From the NCBI RefSeq assembly GCF_006345805.1, contig NW_021835899.1:1-41800 (forward strand): 41,800 bases of DNA, in the 5' to 3' direction. Positions 36,861 through 41,800 of the stretch are shown here, piece by piece (positions within the stretch are counted from its first letter, which is position 1; every line of letters starts with the position of its first letter). This stretch comes from Octopus sinensis (Eukaryota). The notes beneath the pieces were generated by a model. That model saw nothing but the letters and a program-made list of their open reading frames with translations. It was not told the DNA's origin and did not search any database. Made by a program: the position numbers and the translations under genes.

Positions 36861-37105
36861 ATTACTAAATGTTGGGGTTTGAGTCCCTGACTGGGAGCGC
36901 GTGGTGTTCTTGAGCAAAACGCTTCGTTTAACATTGCTCCTGACCCCCTTTCGATCAGGGCAATGGGGGCGGGGTGAAGAAATTTAGACTGTTCGCCTAG
37001 CCGGGGGGTGGCGTCATTTGAAGGCTAAAGCAATGCAAAAGGCGCATTGTGACCAACGATGTGTAACAAGATTAGACAAACTATTTGGTCGCATGATCAC
37101 ATGAT
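36861..37105 (+). mobile_element. SINE family E, diverged near full-length copy
   Basis: B-box-like GGGTTTGAGTCCC, then GGTGGCGTCATTTGAAGGCTAAA..GCATTGTGACCAACGATGTGTAACAA and a degenerate tail. Confidence 0.7.
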
Positions 37106-37435
37106 ACACACACACTCACACACACACACACACAAACACACACGACTGAGAGTACAAACTAAAGAAGAGCACTCAATAGATTTCTCGGGAGTTACATGTA
37201 TGAATCAAATCAGTTTGATTCAAATTCCATGGTACTTAGAGTTTCAAAGCACGAGTTGATGCTTATCGCTATCTCAATGACCGATGATAAGCATCATCAC
37301 TTCCTTTGTAACTTTAAGCAATACAGAATTTGAATCAAACTGTTTTGATCCATACACTCATACATACATACATACATACATACATACATACATACATACA
37401 TACATAACATACATACATACAAAATATCCTTTTTT

Positions 37436-37655
37436 TTTACTCTTTTATTCTTTTATTTGTTTCAGTGATTTGACTGCGGCCATGCTGGAGCACCGCCTTT
37501 AGTCGAGCAAATCGACCCCAGGAATTCTTCTTTGTAAGCCTAGTACTTATTCTATCGGTCTCTTTTGCCGAACCGCTAAGTGACGGGGACGTAAACACAC
37601 CAGCATCGGTTGTCAAGCAATGTTAGGGGGACAAACACAGTCACACAAACACAGT

Positions 37656-37697
<42 letters not shown>

Positions 37698-37857
37698 TAC
37701 GACAGGCTTCTTTCAGTTTCCGTCTACCAAATCCACTCACAAGGCATTGGTCGGCCCGGGGCTATAGCAGAAGACATTTGCCCAAAAGTGCCACGCAGTG
37801 GGACTGAACCCGGAACCATGTGGTTGGTTAGCAAGCTACTTACCACACAGCCACTCC
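37436..37857 (-). mobile_element. SINE family B, full length
   Basis: Minus-strand head GGAGTGGCTGTGTGGTAAGTAGC, B-box GGTTCAGTCCC, CORE-like block (similar to GGCACCTTGGGCAAGTGTCTT), internal (TA)n. Confidence 0.92.
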
Positions 37858-38114
37858 ATATATATATATATATCCGTGTCGGTTGTCTGTTGTCTGGAAT
37901 GGGATAGCTTAACTCATGGGCAGGTAGAAGCCTTGGAATTTCGTGATTTTGTTAATTTCCATATCACACCGGCGAAAGTCTTCTGTTGCCAATAGGTGGG
38001 GGTAGTGCAGGGTAAGCTACATCCACTTAAAATTATTCATTTTCACAGGTATTTCCTCTCTCTAAATGTTGGTTAAAATCATTGATCTGCTAAAAATGCA
38101 CTTGTAATTTACTC

Positions 38115-38207
<93 letters not shown>

Positions 38208-39089
38208 TAGATATACATATATATAGATATATAAGAGAGAGAGAGAGAGAGAAAGAGGGTATGTGCGGGTATGTATGTGTGTATTTGGGGATCTCTGAGT
38301 GTGGAAATACCGAGTGACATTTGATGAATTTAAACTACATATTGTAATTAATTTAAACGGCAATTTTAATTAATTTTTACAAAACTGTGCAAAAATGGAA
38401 CTCGCAGTGTAAATATGATGTAAATATGATACATGGAAATACTACAACGAGCATTAATCGCCCATCTCCATTCTGCCTGTTGTATTTCCTCTTTTTAAAT
38501 ATGTAAAATATATTTAAATATGTCTATACTTCGCTCTATCGGTTTTCTCTTCACTCCTTGTTTGCTTTTCTCTTTTTCAGAGTTTCATCCTAGCTGTTTT
38601 TTCTCTTTTCTGTTCATGACATACATATTATGTGTTAGTTCTATCTAAGAAATATTTGTTCCTATTGATAGATTAAGATTGAATATTTAGTAACATTTGA
38701 TTTACAAATATAAATTCGACCTAATTTAAATTCAATACAGTTCAAACTTGATTGATTCCTCGGAATATCGCTATATATATTTGTTATTTATTTAGCGAAA
38801 CACCAGCAAACATCCGGTTGTCAAGTTCAGTAAAGTATTTTAGTTGCACAATTTGATTTTATAAATATTTCATTGCACTGAAAAAAAAAACAACACACAG
38901 ACAGCGATTCACACACACACACACACACATACACACATACATACATTTAAACATGCACTTATGCATACAGATACACGCGCGCGCATTTGCACGCGTGTAA
39001 CGAGACGTGCACACAAACACATGCACACTGGGCCTTTTGGTTTTGTTAACACTTGAAATTGCATATTGAAAGAAGTACTATTCTGTCTG

Positions 39090-39090
39090 T

Positions 39091-39177
<87 letters not shown>

Positions 39178-39190
39178 TATCTATCTATTG
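39090..39190. repeat. (TCTA)n-(TA)n microsatellite
   Basis: Direct reading. Confidence 0.9.
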
Positions 39191-39199
39191 GTCTATCTA

Positions 39200-39385
39200 T
39201 CGATCTCGGCATGTGCTAGCCACTACACATTCTTTATTTTCTCTCCTTGTTTCTTTCTATATTCCTTTCTGTGAAAGAGCGTAGGCTCGAAACGTTAAAG
39301 ACTTTTCCACTTCCCGAGCGTTGTACTAATGCATCCGTTTGTTGTCTACACCACCTGTCTTCGTCTTTTTCAGTGAATTCTCCCC
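39200..39385 (+). mobile_element. Penelope-like terminal repeat family P1, copy 4 (hammerhead-like motif 39265-39300)
   Basis: CTTT-CTGTGAA-A-GAGC(GTAG)GCTC-GAA-ACGT-T-AAAG; the 3' end is followed directly by a family B SINE. Confidence 0.6.
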
Positions 39386-39785
39386 AGGCGCAGGAGTGGC
39401 TGAGTGGTAAGTAGCTTGCTTACCAACCACATGGTTCCGGGTTCAGGACCACTGCGTGGCATCTTGGGCAAGTGTCTTTGAATATAGCCTCGGGCCGACC
39501 AAAGCCTTGTGAGTGGATTTGGTAGACGGAAACTGAAGGAAGCCCATCGTATATATATATATGTATGTGTGTGTATATGTGTGCGTGTATATTTGTGTTT
39601 GTCCCCCTAGCATTGCTTGACAACCGATGCTGGTGTGTTTATGTCCCCGTCACTTAGCGGTTCGACAAAAGAGACCGATAGAATAAGTACTGGGCTTACA
39701 AAGAATAAGTCCCGGGGTCGAGTTGCTCGACTAAAGGCGGTGCTCCAGCATGGCCGCAGTCAACTAACTGAAACAAGTAAAAGAG
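39386..39785 (+). mobile_element. SINE family B, full length
   Basis: AGGCGCAGGAGTGGCTGAGTGGTAAG..GAAACAAGTAAAAGAG. Confidence 0.92.
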
Positions 39786-39821
39786 ATATATTACACGCTT
39801 ACGTGGTTGCACCAGTTCATC

Positions 39822-39855
<34 letters not shown>

Positions 39856-39860
39856 CATTC

Positions 39861-40004
39861 GTGGTAAGAAGGTACCTTCCAAACCACATTGCTTTGGGTT
39901 CGGTCCCACTGCACGGCATTTTAGGCAAGTGTCTTCTATTATAGTCTCGGGCCGACCAAAGCCTTCTGAGTGGATTTGGTAGACGGAAACTGAAAGAAGT
40001 TCGT
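39861..40004 (+). mobile_element. SINE family B, 5' part
   Basis: GGTTCGGTCCCACTGCACGGCATTTTAGGCAAGTGTCTT..GGAAACTGAAAGAAG. Confidence 0.8.
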
Positions 40005-41058
40005 CATGCTATCTTCTCAATCTCAATAATATAAACGTGCGTTTACTATTTTAAAATCCTAGTATATGACACTAATGTAAAATCCGTAAAGTCGTACAAT
40101 GTTACTCATGTTTAAGGCTACTTGGTTGTCCTTCGTTGCGCGCACCATTTTTCCGAGTGGTGAATTAGATATTTGAAAGATAAGAGTTTTGTTAACGGAG
40201 ATAGTTTTGAGCTAGAAACGTGATATGCGCAGGTAAGTTTGATGTGGGTACAAGTCTTTAGTAAAATATCTACTAGTCTGTCTGCGTCCACTTCCCTTAC
40301 ATCCTAGGAAATGTTACTGAAAATTTTCATACCTTGGTTCCGCTCAAGAATTCGTCTACATCGAATACCAGTGGCTTCCAATGCCAGTTGACCTTTGTTT
40401 GCACAAGAGTAATACTGAGAGACCGAGACATTGTTTTTAAATTTAAAAGGTTCCTGGGCAAGCGGTATAATTAGTTATTGATAAATACTTCTTGACATAT
40501 ATCGTTCTGTTGAGAAATGGTATGGGAATACGTGTTTGGTGCTAGTTAACTAAATCGGGTTAATAAGTAAAGAAACTGTTCAAAAACTTGGGGGCCGTGG
40601 TAAAATTAATTCAGTTAAAAAGTGGACCTCAGTTTTCAAAAGTTGGTGAGGTACTACCGTATGGGAGCTGCAATAAGCTCCCATACGGCAAGATCAAACA
40701 AATGAAATTTAGGAAGCCAAATTTGTTTTGAAATTTGTGAGAATATAGATTAAAACAAAAAAGAAAATTCACAACGTATGTTTACAATCAAAATTATAAA
40801 GAGGGAGTTCTTCTCTACTTATTAATATATTTATCAACTTTCTTTTTATATATGTGAGACACTCTGGTATTTTAAATTACTATGGGGAAAAATTTCATCA
40901 AACAGTTTTCTTCAATCCTCTATTTGAGAGAATTCTAGTTGCGTACAACTAAACCTGTCAGAACCTCATATGCTTCAAATGTTTCAAAGCATTCTCTAGA
41001 TAAAAGCTTCCGAAGTAGCTATAGGATGCTATAAGCACTCATTTCTGACAGTACAGTT

Positions 41059-41457
41059 CTTTACTCTTTTACTTGTTTCAGTCATTTGACTGCGGCCATG
41101 CTGGAGCACCGTCTTTAGTCGAGCAAACCGATCCCAGGACTTATTCTTTGGAAGCCTAGTACTTATTCTATCGGTTACTTTTGCAGAACCGCTAAGTTAC
41201 AGGGACGTAAACACACCAGCATCGGTTGTCAAGCGATGTTGGGAACAAACAAAGACACACAAACATATACACACACATACATATAAATATACATATATAC
41301 GACGGGCTTCTTTCAGTTTCCGTCTACCAAATCCACTCACAAGGTTTTGGCCGGCCCGAGGCTAAAGTAGAAGACACTTGCCTAAGGTGCCACGCAGTGG
41401 GACTGAACCCGGAACCATGTGGTTGGAAAGCAAGCTACTTACCACACAGCCACTCCT
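41059..41457 (-). mobile_element. SINE family B, full length
   Basis: Reverse complement is closely similar to 39386-39785. Confidence 0.92.
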
Positions 41458-41569
41458 CCCCCTTATAGCAAAACAAAAAAAAACAACAGCTATAAGCCTA
41501 TGAACGTGATCACATAACACCTGGTCTTTTGCTATTCAGTCATTCATTCATTCATATTATGTACAGTAA

Positions 41570-41710
41570 TTTCAAATGCCACCGTAGTCGATTTTGCCTG
41601 TCATTCTTTTGGGAACTATAAAAGTACCAGTTAACCACTGGACTCGATGCGATCGACTAGCTCCTATACAGAAATTGCTGGCCTTGTGCCAGAATTTGAA
41701 ACCAATATTG
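41570..41710 (+). mobile_element. SINE family C core and tail, diverged
   Basis: GTCGATTTTGCCTGTCATTCTTTTGGG..AAATTGCTGGCCTTGTGCCAGAATTTGAAACCAATATT. Confidence 0.65.
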
Positions 41711-41744
41711 TGTCCTGTAATTCCCTAACGCTATGTTCTAAAGC

Positions 41745-41800
41745 GTGGAGGCGCAATGGCCTAGTTGTTAGGGCAGTGGACTCGCGGTAGGAGGATCGTG
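41745..41800 (+). mobile_element. SINE family A head, cut by window end
   Basis: GTGGAGGCGCAATGGCCTAGTTGTTAGGGCAGTGGACTCGCGG. Confidence 0.85.

Noticed and set aside
40225-40240. Perfect CAG|GTAAGT donor
   Set aside because: No matching acceptor or open frame was found upstream, and it lies in probable repeat-derived sequence.

Overview
This is a very AT-rich, repeat-saturated eukaryotic window. The SINE families and dense (TA)n/(TG)n/(TATG)n microsatellites suggest an Octopus genome, which is an inference from repeat content. No host protein-coding gene, tRNA, rRNA or CRISPR array can be supported, and almost all ORFs in the supplied track are microsatellite read-throughs. Identifiable content: about 25 copies or fragments of five descriptively named tRNA-type SINE families (A-E), three 5'-truncated LINE 3' ends (RTE-BovB-like with an 8-bp TSD, RTE with a zinc finger, CR1/L2-like), a mariner 3' remnant, a 39-bp fold-back element, and a ~660-bp inverted duplication (24559-25220 vs 28050-28707) that may be a long-read artefact. 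The main unexpected signal is ten hammerhead-ribozyme-like motifs in six unrelated short repeats whose 3' ends mostly abut (TA)n tracts, the layout known for Penelope-like element termini. They include a near-canonical type I hammerhead present in both arms of the inverted duplication, a four-copy family with U at core position 6, and a motif with a swapped G3:C8 core pair. All folds were done by eye and none has been tested for cleavage.
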